A stretch of 64,000 nt of DNA from Candidatus Latescibacterota bacterium (GTDB taxonomy: Bacteria > Latescibacterota > UBA2968 > UBA8231), in the NCBI GenBank assembly GCA_965248265.1, contig CBDFJF010000001.1, positions 928,001 to 992,000 on the forward strand. Reading direction: 5' to 3'. Within the stretch, counting starts at the first letter, position 1. Each line of letters begins with the position of its first letter. Shown here piece after piece: positions 1 through 10,483 of this stretch. Position numbers and translations under genes: made by a program. The notes beneath the pieces are model-generated. The model worked only from the letters and a program-made list of their open reading frames with translations, did not search any database and had not been told where the DNA came from.

Positions 1-1
1 C

Positions 2-175
2 CTGAGCGAGCCAAAGTCGCTTGGGCTCCGGCTGGTGCGAGACCTGGCACAGCAACTAGAGGGAAAACTTCAAATCGACAACGACGACGGCACGGCTGTG
101 ACGCTCACGTTTTCGACAAACGGCCACGACAGCGAAAGCGGGTCGGAGGCGAACAGCGAGGGAGGAAGAAGATGA
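2..175 (+). CDS. C-terminal end of a sensor histidine kinase (partial, runs off the window)
   Basis: Frame 2 reads SLGLRLVRDLAQQLEGKLQIDNDDGTAVTLTF, a HATPase G2-box end. The TGA at 173-175 overlaps the next ATG (ATGA). Confidence 0.8.
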   Translation: MSEPKSLGLRLVRDLAQQLEGKLQIDNDDGTAVTLTFSTNGHDSESGSEANSEGGRR

Positions 176-1152
176 GTAAGTCCACCAACAAGACACGAAT
201 TCTGGTCGTCGAAGATGAAATTCTGGTTGCCCGCGACCTGCAGCACCAGTTGACGGAGATGGGCTACGATGTCCCCGACATCGCCGGCGCGGGCGCCGAG
301 GCGCTTGAAAAAGTCGAAGTCATCAAACCGGACCTCGTGCTCATGGACATTCGCATTCGTGGCGACATGGACGGGGTCGCGGTGGCCGAACAGGTGCACA
401 GTCGCTTCCGCATCCCGGTCGTCTACCTGACAGCCTACGCCGACGACGCGACGGTTCAGCGGGCTAAGATTACCGAGCCTTTTGGGTATATCCTGAAGCC
501 GTTTCAGGAGCGCGAGCTGGAAACGACCATCGAGATCGCGCTCTACAAACATGCCGCCGAGCGCCGCATCGCCGCCGCCCACACGCAGCTACAGCAGGCC
601 CACGCGAGACTGGGTCGCCAATTCAAGGAGCTCCAGGGACGAGATCGATTAGTGCGATTCGAGATACGGTGCAACGGCCTAGCCGAAGGGCAGACGGAAA
701 TTCTGGAGGTGGTCGCAGATGTGATGGGTGCGAAGAACGCCGTCCTCTACGAGCCGGACGCCGGGTTGTTGCACCTCGAGGCTGTCGCCACCAGGGAGGT
801 CGAGTCGGACGAACCGGGGTCACCAGCGCCATCGACTCTCTCGATTCACGGCGACGACCATATCGCGGTCCAGGCCTTTGCCACATCACAACCCCGGCGC
901 GACGGAGACATGGACGCCATCGCGGTACCCATGACGTTCGGCGAAGCGACGATCGGCGTCATATGGGCCGGCGGCTTCGCCGCAGGGGAGAATGTCAACG
1001 AGGAGGCACCCTACACCTTGTGGCGGCTGGCACAGCAGGCCTCGCTTCTGCTGCGGATGGCGCGCGTCAACGAGGCGATAGAGTGCGAAAACGTCCCAGT
1101 GAGTGAGCTTTTGGAACTCGATGCAGAGGTCTTTGACAACCATGACGCCTAA
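172..1152 (+). CDS. Response regulator: REC domain, coiled coil and GAF-like C-terminal domain
   Basis: ILVVEDE, DLVLMDI, VYLTAY and GYILKPF receiver motifs. The C-terminal AVPMTFGEATIGVIW resembles a GAF strand. Confidence 0.85.
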   Translation: MSKSTNKTRILVVEDEILVARDLQHQLTEMGYDVPDIAGAGAEALEKVEVIKPDLVLMDIRIRGDMDGVAVAEQVHSRFRIPVVYLTAYADDATVQRAKITEPFGYILKPFQERELETTIEIALYKHAAERRIAAAHTQLQQAHARLGRQFKELQGRDRLVRFEIRCNGLAEGQTEILEVVADVMGAKNAVLYEPDAGLLHLEAVATREVESDEPGSPAPSTLSIHGDDHIAVQAFATSQPRRDGDMDAIAVPMTFGEATIGVIWAGGFAAGENVNEEAPYTLWRLAQQASLLLRMARVNEAIECENVPVSELLELDAEVFDNHDA

Positions 1153-2986
1153 CACGATGGAACGGCACAGTGAAGAGGCACCGTATCTCGCTACAAACGC
1201 AGGTGACGTGGCCTCCTTTCTCGCGGAGGTGGAGGATCTGACCGAAGAGACTCCAGCTGCGGAGCCGTCGAGGATGCCACCTCCAGGGAAGGGTTGGGGA
1301 AACGTCGAGCTCCTCGACCCTCGCAAGCCGGGTGAAAGCCTGTCATTCGAAGAGCTGGCAAGCACGTCGATCGGGCTCGAGGTCCTGTACGGCGCTGACA
1401 AGATAGACCCACAGGCGATCGGTCCGGTAAAGGCGATGGCCGCGGCACAGGGAGAGATTCTGGCGCGAGCGGCCGAGGCTGCGGGTAATACACCTGAACC
1501 AGGAGAGCGCGTCGTGCTGACGCGGGAAGGGGAGTACCGCGCCGAGCGCTACGGCTATGTCTGCCTCGTCGACGGCGCTGTGTCGGTGCGCTCGCCAGTG
1601 TGGATGGATGACAACCACATGCATGCCTACTGGCTCGTCCTGGATCCCGAACCACATCCGGTACGGGAGGAGATGATCCGTCAGTGGCTGGATGATTTGG
1701 GGATCGTCGTTGGTATCCGCGCGGATAAGATCGCCGACCTGGTGACGTCGATCCGCTCCGGGTCTCACAAGCGAGGCCTCTACCTCATCGCTGTGGGCCA
1801 GGAGCCCCGGCACGGCGAGGATGCCCAAGTCGAAGTGCTCGTGGACACGCAACGGCGGGCGGGGAAGGTGCGCGCAGATGGCTCCGTCGACTTTCGCGAG
1901 GTCAATTTCACTCCAACCGCGGGGCCCGGGCAGCTCATCGCCTGGCGAACGCCGGCTACGCAAGGCACGGCAGGACTGGATGTCAGAGGCAACGCTCTGC
2001 CCGCAGAGGACGGGGAAAACCGCGAGCTGAGAGCGGGTGGGAACGTGGAAGTGAAACAGAGCGCGGACAAAGAGGAGTATTACTCCAAAATTGCGGGGAT
2101 GCTGCGACTCGCAGAGAATGTCCTTACGGTGGCGGAGCTGCTCAGCATCGGCGGGGATGTCGATTTCCACACAGGCAACCTGAAATTCTCCGGCGAGGTC
2201 TACGTCAGCGGCTCGATCGCGCGGGGGTTTTCGGTAAAGGCGGGGGCGGATGTCACCGTGGGTGGCGCTTTAGAGCCCGGTGCGACCGTGTCGACAAGGG
2301 GAGATATCGCGGTGGGACAGGGAATCGTGGGCCGCAAGACGCGCGTCTTCGCCGGAGGCAGCGTGAGTGCCCAACACGCGCAGGAAGCGACGATCACGGC
2401 GGGAAAGGATATCTCCCTGGGGAGCTATGCCTACCACGCTAATCTTCGCGCCGGCGGCAAGGTCGTCATCGCCCGCAGTCAGGGAGATCGCGGAGGCAGT
2501 ATCATGGGGGGAAAGACGTGGGGGCGCCAGGGTATCGAGACCCACACGGCGGGCACATTGCACGGCATGGCTTCCGTCCTCGTGGCAGGGCTGAGCCCTG
2601 CTCAAGCGAAAGAGCTCGACCGAATCCACACGAGCATCACGGTGAGCAACACCCAGATGGAGCGCATTCTCAACCGGTTCGAGATGCAGACGATCGACCT
2701 CACTCAGATCAAGAACCTCATCAAGGCGGCAACGGGCCCCGCCCGCAAGGTACTGGCCCGTCGGGCGCATCAGCTGGGCCAGGTGGTACAGTCGCATCAA
2801 CAACTGCTCGCCAGGCAGAAGGAGATGCGAGAGCAGCTCGGGGCGGGCCGCAAGACCGAGATTAAAGTGTGGGACCGGGCATTCCCCGGCGTCACCGTCC
2901 GTCTCCGCGAGCACCAGCGGGAGCTCGTCGAGGAGCTCGAGGCACCGCGCTTCCGTATAGTGGAAGAGAAGCTTGTCGCGAAATGA
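1142..2986 (+). CDS. FapA/DUF342 family protein
   Basis: DGSVDFREVNF, GDVDFHTGNLKFSGEVYVSGSI, beta-helix repeats, a coiled coil and a C-terminal AFPGVTV. Start codon uncertain. Confidence 0.85.
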   Translation: MTPNTMERHSEEAPYLATNAGDVASFLAEVEDLTEETPAAEPSRMPPPGKGWGNVELLDPRKPGESLSFEELASTSIGLEVLYGADKIDPQAIGPVKAMAAAQGEILARAAEAAGNTPEPGERVVLTREGEYRAERYGYVCLVDGAVSVRSPVWMDDNHMHAYWLVLDPEPHPVREEMIRQWLDDLGIVVGIRADKIADLVTSIRSGSHKRGLYLIAVGQEPRHGEDAQVEVLVDTQRRAGKVRADGSVDFREVNFTPTAGPGQLIAWRTPATQGTAGLDVRGNALPAEDGENRELRAGGNVEVKQSADKEEYYSKIAGMLRLAENVLTVAELLSIGGDVDFHTGNLKFSGEVYVSGSIARGFSVKAGADVTVGGALEPGATVSTRGDIAVGQGIVGRKTRVFAGGSVSAQHAQEATITAGKDISLGSYAYHANLRAGGKVVIARSQGDRGGSIMGGKTWGRQGIETHTAGTLHGMASVLVAGLSPAQAKELDRIHTSITVSNTQMERILNRFEMQTIDLTQIKNLIKAATGPARKVLARRAHQLGQVVQSHQQLLARQKEMREQLGAGRKTEIKVWDRAFPGVTVRLREHQRELVEELEAPRFRIVEEKLVAK

Positions 2987-3041
2987 CGGATCATATAGTC
3001 CGGTGTGGGATATTCGCTAGTGCTCTGTTAAGAAATCGAGC

Positions 3042-3070
3042 TTGTACTTTGTCGTAAGTCGTGGTATCAT
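3042..3070 (+). promoter_or_regulatory. Putative sigma70 promoter of the IS630 transposase
   Basis: TTGTAC, 17 bp spacer, TATCAT, with an extended -10 TG. Confidence 0.5.
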
Positions 3071-3106
3071 GGATACATATGGTGAATCCGTCAGGAGGGT
3101 CATGCT

Positions 3107-4167
3107 ATGTGTCTCCATGCTCGTTCGCCGAACGCGGCGGAGTCTAAGGAACTGGGACGGTGGCTGAAACGGCCTCGCAACGCCGTGCAGATGCGCCGTG
3201 GGCAGTTGATCTCGTTCAGCGCCCAGGGCATGCGCGTCCAGGAGATCTCGGATACACTGCATCTGCATGAGGAGTACGTTCGCCAGTTGATCCGCCAGTA
3301 CAACGAAGGGGGATTGACGGTTTTGCGCACTCGGGCACGTCCGGGGCGTCCTTCGAAGTTGACGCCGGAGGACGAATCCGTGGTGGTGGAAATTGCCACG
3401 ATGCCCCCCCGTGCATTCGGCCAGCCGTTCAACCAGTGGTCGTTGCGCAAGCTGACCGACTGCCTGGTGGGACGGCAGATGATTCCCGAGGTTTCGCATG
3501 TGACCATCGGAAAAATCCTGGATCAACATAAGGTTACCTATCAACGGACGCGCACCTGGAAAGAATCAAAGGACCCGGAGTTTGTCTCTAAAAAAAACGC
3601 ATCAGCCGACTCTACAAGCGGGCGCCGAAAGACACGGTCGTAGTCTGTTTCGACGAACTGGGACCAGTCCAGATCAAGCCGCATGCCGGTGCTTCCTGGG
3701 CCCCACACAAGCGCCCGGTCCGGCATCGGGCAACCTATAGCCGCCACGGCGGCGTCAGCTATTTCTTTGGAGCCTATAACGTCCATGAGGACATCCTGTG
3801 GATGCATCACAAACCCAAGAAACATGCGTCGGTCGTACTCGATTTCCTCAAGGCCATTCGGCTCCGCTATCGCACGGCGGAGCGGATCTATGTCGTCATG
3901 GATAATCTGTCGACGCACAAGACACCGCCGATCCTGCAGTGGTGCCGACGAAACCGGGTCTCGCCGGTCTTCACCGCCACCAACGCGTCATGGATGAATC
4001 GGCTCGAATGTCACCTCACCGCAGCCCATTATTTCGTCATTAAAAACAGCGATCCCAACGATCATCGAGAAGTCGGCCAGCGCATGCAGGAGTACCTGAG
4101 GTGGCGAAACAAGAACACGGACAACGCCAAGCTGGCCAAAGTCCAAAACTCAATGCCCACTCTTTAA
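3107..4167 (+). CDS. IS630 transposase (HTH ORF and DDE ORF joined by a -1 frameshift)
   Basis: ORF1 has RPGRPSK and WSLRKL. An A8 run lies at 3590-3597. The -1 frame reads VVVCFDELGP...VVMDNLSTHK...SWMNRLE. Confidence 0.88.
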
Positions 4168-4269
4168 CAGAGCACTAGCTCTGTGATATTTGACTTCAGC
4201 GCGGCACAGGCAGTACGCTGTTGGGAGGTAAGACCCAATTGATCAACGCTAAGTGTTCAGCGCCGTCCG

Positions 4270-5991
4270 ATGGCCGAGGCTGCAAAAAAATCCGCTCAGA
4301 AAGCAAGTGCCCTCGCAAGGCTGGCCTCGTTTCCGGAGCAAAACCCCGATCCGGTAATCGAGGTCGATCTCAAGGGCACGGTCACCTATCTCAATCCGGC
4401 CGCCGAGCAGAGGTTTCCGGATCTGAGACAGAAAGGGCTGTCGCACGCGATGCTGGAGGGGTTGCCGTCGATCGCTGCCGCTCTCAGAGATGGCCGGGAG
4501 GAAGCCCTCCACCGTGAGCTCGCGCTCGAGGGTTTCACCTACGAACAAAAGATCACCTATGTAGCGGATAGCGATCTCGTGCGCATTTTTGCCCACGACC
4601 TGACCGAGCATGTGAAGGCCGAGGAGGCAGTGCGCGAAAGCGAGGCGCGGTTCCGCGGTATCTTCGAGCACTCCAACGACGCCATTTTCCTCATCGACAT
4701 TTCGCAGGACGAGATTCTCGACGCCAACTCCAGGGCATGCCGCATGCTCGGATACGAGCCCGAAGAGTTGCTGTCCTTGCCGGTTTCTGCTATTCATCCA
4801 GACGAAATGCCCCGCCTCCAGGCATTCGGCGAATCGGTTCTCAGCGAAGGACGTGGTTGAACCGATGAATTGACCTGTTTGATGAAGACAGGCCAGGTTC
4901 TCTCCGCGGAGATATCAGCTTCCACCGTCGACATACATGGACGTTCGTGCATAATCGCCATTGTGCGTGATCTGACCGAGCACAAGCGAGCCGAGCTCGT
5001 CATCGCGGATGAGGTTCAGGCCAAGTACAATTTCGAGGAGATCATCGGCCACAGCACGAGCCTGGAAGACGCGCTCAAGCAGGTGGAGCTCGTGGCTCCG
5101 ACGGATACGTCCGCGCTCATCGTCGGCGAAACAGGCACCGGCAAGGAGCTGATTTGTCGTGCCATTCATCATCTGAGTCAACGCAGCAAGAAGCCGCTCG
5201 TGAAACTGAACGTTGCGGCCATTCCTTCGGGGTTGATCGAGAGCGAACTGTTCGGTCACGAGAAGGGCGCTTTCACTGGGGCAATCTCTCAGAAGCGTGG
5301 CAGGTTTGAGCTGGCTCACGAGGGCACGATTTTCCTGGACGAGATTGGCGATCTGCCCCTGGATACGCAACCGAAGCTGCTGAGACTGTTGCAGGAGCAG
5401 GAGTTCGAGCGGGTCGGCGGCACACGCACGATCGAAGTCGACATCCGCGTGATCGCGGCGACCCACAGGAACCTCGAAGAGATAGTGCGGCAGGGTGAGT
5501 TCCGCGAGGATCTCTTCTATCGCTTGAATGTGTTTCCCATCTCCCTCCCGCCGCTGCGCCAGCGCCGGGAAGACATTCCCGTTCTCGCCAAATACTTCGA
5601 CAACCGCATTGGCGCCCGCTTTGGACGAGCGCCATGTGGATTCAGCGAGGAGGCCATGGAACGCCTGCTGGACTACCGCTGGCCCGGAAACGTGCGCGAA
5701 CTGGAAAACATCGTCGAAAGAGCAGCCATTTTAAGCGGCGGCATAACGATCCAGCGTGATCAGGTCCAGGTGGACAGCGGCGGCTCGGCTTCAGTGGCTG
5801 ACGACCAATTAAAACCGCTGCAAGAGATCGAGCGAGAGCATATCGTGGCGGCCCTGCGAGCGAGCAAAGGAAAAGTGAGTGGTAAGGGTGGCGCTGCAGA
5901 GCGCCTCGGCCTGAAGCCGAGTACACTGGACTCGAGGATGAAGAGGTTGGGGATCAGCCGCGAGAGCCTGTGGACACATCCATCGACCTGA
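4270..5991 (+). pseudogene. PAS-PAS sigma54-dependent activator (bEBP) with an in-frame TGA at 4858-4860
   Basis: ORFs 4270-4860 and 4870-5991 are in one frame. Motifs GETGTGKE, ESELFGHEKGAFTGA, WPGNVRELEN and a Fis-type HTH are present. The stop falls where the paralogous PAS domain has Trp. Confidence 0.85.
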
Positions 5992-6082
5992 TCGCTAAAG
6001 CTCTGGGAACCCACAGAAACGTCGACGAACGCGAATTCCCTCAGCAACGACTGGGTCCTGCCAGTTGGCCAGCCATCTGCGT

Positions 6083-8356
6083 CTACCTCTCCGCCAATTT
6101 CCCGTCGACAAGGTGAAACCTCGGCGCTTTTACTAGTTCTTCGAGGGTTCTCTGATGTTCGCCAACGCGCACGACTACGCCTGGAAAGGCCTTATCGGCC
6201 ATTGTGATCTCCGCCTTCTCAGCTGCTGAGCTGATTTTCTTATCCAGCTCCTGGCGCTGCCCCGCAAGTGTCTGATACGCTTGGGCGAGTTGTCCCAGCT
6301 GTTGCGCGCGATTGGCCAGCAATTTTTGCCGCGGACCGGTCGTAGCCTTGATCATATTTCGTATCTGTCCCAGATCGACTCGTGTCAGTCCGAACACCCT
6401 CAAGATTCGCAGGATATGCTCGTGACTGGTGTCAATGCCTTTTTTCAGTTTGTCGAGCTGCTGCGCTTGGCCGGGCTCCAATCCGACTACGAGGGTGGTC
6501 GTTGTTCCAGTTGGCGTGCCCGCGGTGTGACCTCTTATTCCCTCGCGCGCCAAAATGCGGCCCCCCATCACACTACCACCGCGGCCACCGCTGCCCCTCT
6601 CAACCGTCAGCCCGCCCCCTGTCTGAATCCTGGCGTGATAGGCAAAATTCCCGAGCGTGACATCCGTTCCAGCCAGAAGGGTGGCGTCCTGGATGAATTG
6701 AGCGCGCACATTTTGCTTTGCCATGATCTTCGTCTTCTGGCCGACGATCCCTCTACCGACGGTGACATCCCCCTCGGCGATAATCGTCGAACCAGGCTCT
6801 ACGGTTCCCGTAACGGTAACTGACCCCCCGGCTTTGACCGTAAATCCCTGCACTATTGAGCCGTCTATGCATACCTCGCCTCCGAAGCTGAGGTTTCCCG
6901 TGTTGAACGAGACATCCCCTGTCACCGCCAAGAGTTCCACGACCGAAATCTCACCGCTCTCCAATCTGGCTGCGCCGTCTATGTTGGCGATGAACTCTTC
7001 TACTTCACCCTCTCGCCCGACCCGGACATTATCCCCTGCCTCCAATGTCTGCTCTTCACCGTCCTCTGCGGCAAGACTCTTTGCCTTGAGATCTTTGCCC
7101 GGCGTACCCTTTGTCGCAGGCACCCGACGCGCCACCACCTGGTCAGCCCGAACATCGGGGGAGAAGTTCACATCGCGGAAGTCGATGGAACCGTCCTCCC
7201 TCTCGATGCCCGGTCGGCGTTCGAGGTCCACGAGGATCTCTATCTGGGCATCCCTCCCCCTTATGGGCTCTGTCCCCCTGACGACTTCGTACAACCCACA
7301 CTCGTGGCTGCCGTCACGGATTGAGGAAGTCAGGAGCCCGATTTCTTTATCTTGAATGTCACTGCGCACTTCTAGGTCTTGCATACACTGGCGGATCATT
7401 TCGGGTGTCAAGGGCTGCGGGTCCTCGTCGAGCACCAGCCAGGACAGGCACATGTATTTTTCATCGATCCACAGCGGCGACAAGACCGAGAGCCGGCCTT
7501 CCAAGAGACAGATGTATCCATAGCGTTCCGACTTGAATTCTCCGTCAGCCGAGAGCGCAACATTCAGCCCGGCCTCCAGCTTGCCTCCCTTCGCGTCGAA
7601 CGATGGAGATATCGGCCGACCAAACACGTCCTTCCCCGGTTTCCCTTCTTCGGCGCCCTTCATTCGCGCTAGCACTTCACCGGGACAAACCGCGAGTCCC
7701 CGGGTCTGCTTGACGCTGGCCTCATCCAGAGCTTCGGCGTGCAATACCTCATACAACTCCATGGACATGAGGCTGAGCGTTTCTGACGACATGCTGTGGC
7801 CCGGTTGACCCGGATGGAGATACTCGATCCGTTCAGCTTTTCCGGAGACGGGGCATTCACCCTCGGCCACCTTCAGCCACGGTGCCGGTGGACGAAAAGC
7901 TTTCGAGATGTCTAGAGCAGACGCGTCGACTCGTGTCAGCCCGTGTCGCTCGCAGATCTCCTCGAGTTTTCCCTCAGCAATTGCGTCGTCGGAAAGCTCA
8001 ATGAGATAGGCGCAGAGCCCGTCATGACTGAGCGCCAGCGTAATGCCCGACAACGAGACAGTGTAAAACGTCTGACCTTCATCTTCACACGAGCCTCGCG
8101 GCGCCTGAGCTTGCCTGAGACTGCTCACAGGCTGCCCAAAACCCGCGGCGATCCAACGCGCTTCAGGGTCGCTTTCACCGCGCAGCTCCGCAGAGGCCTC
8201 CGCCACCCGTTCTTCAACCGTGGTAGGCTCATCCCTCGTGACCGCCTCGACTTCCTGCAGAAAATCCTCCACCTCCTGCAGATCTGCAGCTACTGGTGCT
8301 TTGCCGTTTCCACGATGCTGGGCCGCTCTCTTCGTCGCTCGCGCCCGTCTGTTCAT
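6083..8356 (-). CDS. FapA/DUF342 family protein (second paralog)
   Basis: DGSIDFRDVNF, GDVSFNTGNLSFGGEV and AFPGVVV. Aligns along its length with 1142-2986. Confidence 0.85.
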   Translation of the reverse strand: MNRRARATKRAAQHRGNGKAPVAADLQEVEDFLQEVEAVTRDEPTTVEERVAEASAELRGESDPEARWIAAGFGQPVSSLRQAQAPRGSCEDEGQTFYTVSLSGITLALSHDGLCAYLIELSDDAIAEGKLEEICERHGLTRVDASALDISKAFRPPAPWLKVAEGECPVSGKAERIEYLHPGQPGHSMSSETLSLMSMELYEVLHAEALDEASVKQTRGLAVCPGEVLARMKGAEEGKPGKDVFGRPISPSFDAKGGKLEAGLNVALSADGEFKSERYGYICLLEGRLSVLSPLWIDEKYMCLSWLVLDEDPQPLTPEMIRQCMQDLEVRSDIQDKEIGLLTSSIRDGSHECGLYEVVRGTEPIRGRDAQIEILVDLERRPGIEREDGSIDFRDVNFSPDVRADQVVARRVPATKGTPGKDLKAKSLAAEDGEEQTLEAGDNVRVGREGEVEEFIANIDGAARLESGEISVVELLAVTGDVSFNTGNLSFGGEVCIDGSIVQGFTVKAGGSVTVTGTVEPGSTIIAEGDVTVGRGIVGQKTKIMAKQNVRAQFIQDATLLAGTDVTLGNFAYHARIQTGGGLTVERGSGGRGGSVMGGRILAREGIRGHTAGTPTGTTTTLVVGLEPGQAQQLDKLKKGIDTSHEHILRILRVFGLTRVDLGQIRNMIKATTGPRQKLLANRAQQLGQLAQAYQTLAGQRQELDKKISSAAEKAEITMADKAFPGVVVRVGEHQRTLEELVKAPRFHLVDGKLAER

Positions 8357-8372
8357 GATCTTGCCAGTCCTT

Positions 8373-9911
8373 TCATCTCAACGGCTCAACCACAGCCAAC
8401 TCCTCATTCTTCGGCTCCTTGCTCTGGCTGGGATAATTTGGTACGGACTCTATTTCAGAGCTAGTAGAGGACAACGTGAAGTAGAAGGTAGCTCCAGCAT
8501 CCGTCGCCCCGTGCGCCCAGATCCGGCCCCCGTGTCGCGTAACGATGCGATTCACCGTTGCCAGGCCGATCCCCGTCCCACTGAATTCTTCACCCGAATG
8601 CAGACGTTGGAACGGTTTGAACAGCTTACTCGCAAACTCCATATCGAAACCAGCGCCGTTGTCACGAACGAAGAATGCCTCCTCCTCCTGATGGTGGGTG
8701 ACGCCGAACTCGATGACAGCTCCGGCTTTTTTCTGGGTAAACTTCCATGCATTCCCGATCAGGTTGTTCAGAACGATCAACAGCAGGTTGGCATCAGCAT
8801 GGGCGTTGAGCGACGGAGCAATCGAGAACTCGAGTTGCCTGGGTGAATTCTCCTGGCGCAGTTTCTCCACAACCTTCTGGGCCATAGCCGACACGTCCAC
8901 GATTTCCCGATTCATCCCGGCCCGAGTCACGCGCGAAAGCTTGAGCAGGGAGTCGATGATGCGCTCCATGGTGCTCGCTGCGGTTATGATCTTGTTGAGG
9001 TATTCCTGCGCCTTTTCAGGTAGGTCGTCGACGCGCCTCACCACGAGCTGGGAGAGGCCGGCGATATGCCTGAGCGGTGCCCTGAGGTCGTGGGATGCAG
9101 AGTAGTTGAAGGCCTCCAGCTCCTGGTTTGCGGCCTGCAGAGCTGCAGTTCGTTCCGCAACCCGACGTTCCAGGTGTTCGTTGAGCCCCCTGACTTCCTC
9201 TTCCGCGTCGTCTCGCTCTCTTTCTCGCCTCTGGATCTCGTCAAGCATGACATTGAAACCATCGTAGAGCACGCCGATCTCGTTTTCTCCCACATGCGGA
9301 GCCCTCAGGTGATAGTCCCCTTCAGAAACCCTCCTCGCCAGCGCTGTCAACCTCAGAATAGGGTCCGATATAATCCTTTGAAGACCGACAGCCGCGAGCG
9401 CCGCCAGGAGACACAGTATGAGTGTCAGGATCCCCATCTCTGTGGCCAGATCTATGACTCGATCGTCCAGGCCCTGCGTAGAGGCACGAAGGTACAGAGC
9501 TCCGTACTGGTGACCATCCTGCTCTACGGGAATGATCACGTGCAGCTGATTGGTTGAAAACCAGGTGGCGGGGGTTAAATCGTCCGGCGGTGCGAATTCG
9601 ATGTCCTCCGTCCCAAAATACGAGAAAAGTTCGCGGTCCTCGAAAAGGGCCACCACCTCGATAGATGGCTCTACGGTAATTCTGGAGAGCGTACGGGTCG
9701 ATGCCTTCCGATCGCTGAACGCCAGATCGGTCACGCTGTAATCGGCCAGGATGCGTGCGGTCGTCTCCGTTTGATAGACCATGTCCTGTTGCAACGTTCG
9801 ATAAGTCCTAATGCCGGATATGCTCAAGCCTACCAATAGGAGGGGCACGGCAACGACGAGGATCATCCACAGCAGCTTGGCTCTGATGGAAACGTTCTTC
9901 AGTCGGTTCAT
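8373..9911 (-). CDS. Membrane sensor histidine kinase (periplasmic sensor, HAMP, HisKA, HATPase)
   Basis: Two TM segments, HAMP motif NEIGVLYDGFN, H-box SASHDLRAPL, NLIGNAWKF and GTGIGLA. Confidence 0.92.
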   Translation of the reverse strand: MNRLKNVSIRAKLLWMILVVAVPLLLVGLSISGIRTYRTLQQDMVYQTETTARILADYSVTDLAFSDRKASTRTLSRITVEPSIEVVALFEDRELFSYFGTEDIEFAPPDDLTPATWFSTNQLHVIIPVEQDGHQYGALYLRASTQGLDDRVIDLATEMGILTLILCLLAALAAVGLQRIISDPILRLTALARRVSEGDYHLRAPHVGENEIGVLYDGFNVMLDEIQRRERERDDAEEEVRGLNEHLERRVAERTAALQAANQELEAFNYSASHDLRAPLRHIAGLSQLVVRRVDDLPEKAQEYLNKIITAASTMERIIDSLLKLSRVTRAGMNREIVDVSAMAQKVVEKLRQENSPRQLEFSIAPSLNAHADANLLLIVLNNLIGNAWKFTQKKAGAVIEFGVTHHQEEEAFFVRDNGAGFDMEFASKLFKPFQRLHSGEEFSGTGIGLATVNRIVTRHGGRIWAHGATDAGATFYFTLSSTSSEIESVPNYPSQSKEPKNEELAVVEPLR

Positions 9912-10483
9912 GGGCCGTCTCCCGTGACTACGAGCCGCGCCCGTGGGAGTAAGCGCCGAGAGATCTCCAGTCCAACGTCCTCCAGCTCGTTTCGATTGAT
10001 CTCGAAACGGAGCAGCTCTGCGTCGAGGAAAAAGTTGATCATCACCCCGCGCTCGCCGAAGCCCGGAGTGTCCCCGATTGTCAACACAGGTCGCCCCTCA
10101 GTCGTCGCCAAAATTAGAGGCAGCTCATTATCCTCCGAAGCTGAGATGAAAAGAACCTGACAGTTGCCGATCTCCACCGCACTGCCTATGTACCGAACCC
10201 TGACCGGCCGGCCTTGGATAGGCGTGATCTGAGCCAGTTCGTCCAGTCTGCTGCCGAACGAGTGTGCTCCAATCACCTCGATCATGAAGGGGGATGATTC
10301 GTCGCCCTCCCCCTCGGGCCAGGTGATGAAGCGCGTAAGCCGCTCGATAAAAGTGACCTCGAGAGTCAACCGATCGGTCTGGGCGTAGATCGGATTCAGC
10401 ATTACCAGCAGTACTAAGCCGGCGGTAACTCGCGCAGCTCCAAGGACGTTCGTCCGAACTCCACTTTTCATCCGTGGCACCAT
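9908..10483 (-). CDS. YfiR family (DUF4154) periplasmic protein
   Basis: Signal peptide, RFITWP, CQVLFIS, PVLTIGD and MINFF...LRFEIN. Confidence 0.85.
   Translation of the reverse strand: MVPRMKSGVRTNVLGAARVTAGLVLLVMLNPIYAQTDRLTLEVTFIERLTRFITWPEGEGDESSPFMIEVIGAHSFGSRLDELAQITPIQGRPVRVRYIGSAVEIGNCQVLFISASEDNELPLILATTEGRPVLTIGDTPGFGERGVMINFFLDAELLRFEINRNELEDVGLEISRRLLPRARLVVTGDGP

Larger units (their letters stand above)
3018..4177 (+). mobile_element. IS630-family insertion sequence
   Basis: Perfect terminal inverted repeats TAGTGCTCTGTTAA (3018-3031) and TTAACAGAGCACTA (4164-4177), with CTAG/TA at both ends. The transposase is split over two frames. Confidence 0.92.

Noticed and set aside
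4200-4220. Possible sigma54 promoter (CGGCAC) upstream of the bEBP
   Set aside because: There is no TTGC at the -12 position.
4858-4860. Selenocysteine or genetic code 4/25 reading of the in-frame TGA
   Set aside because: The aligned residue in the paralog is Trp, not Cys. TGA terminates many genes in this window and TGG is used for Trp throughout.
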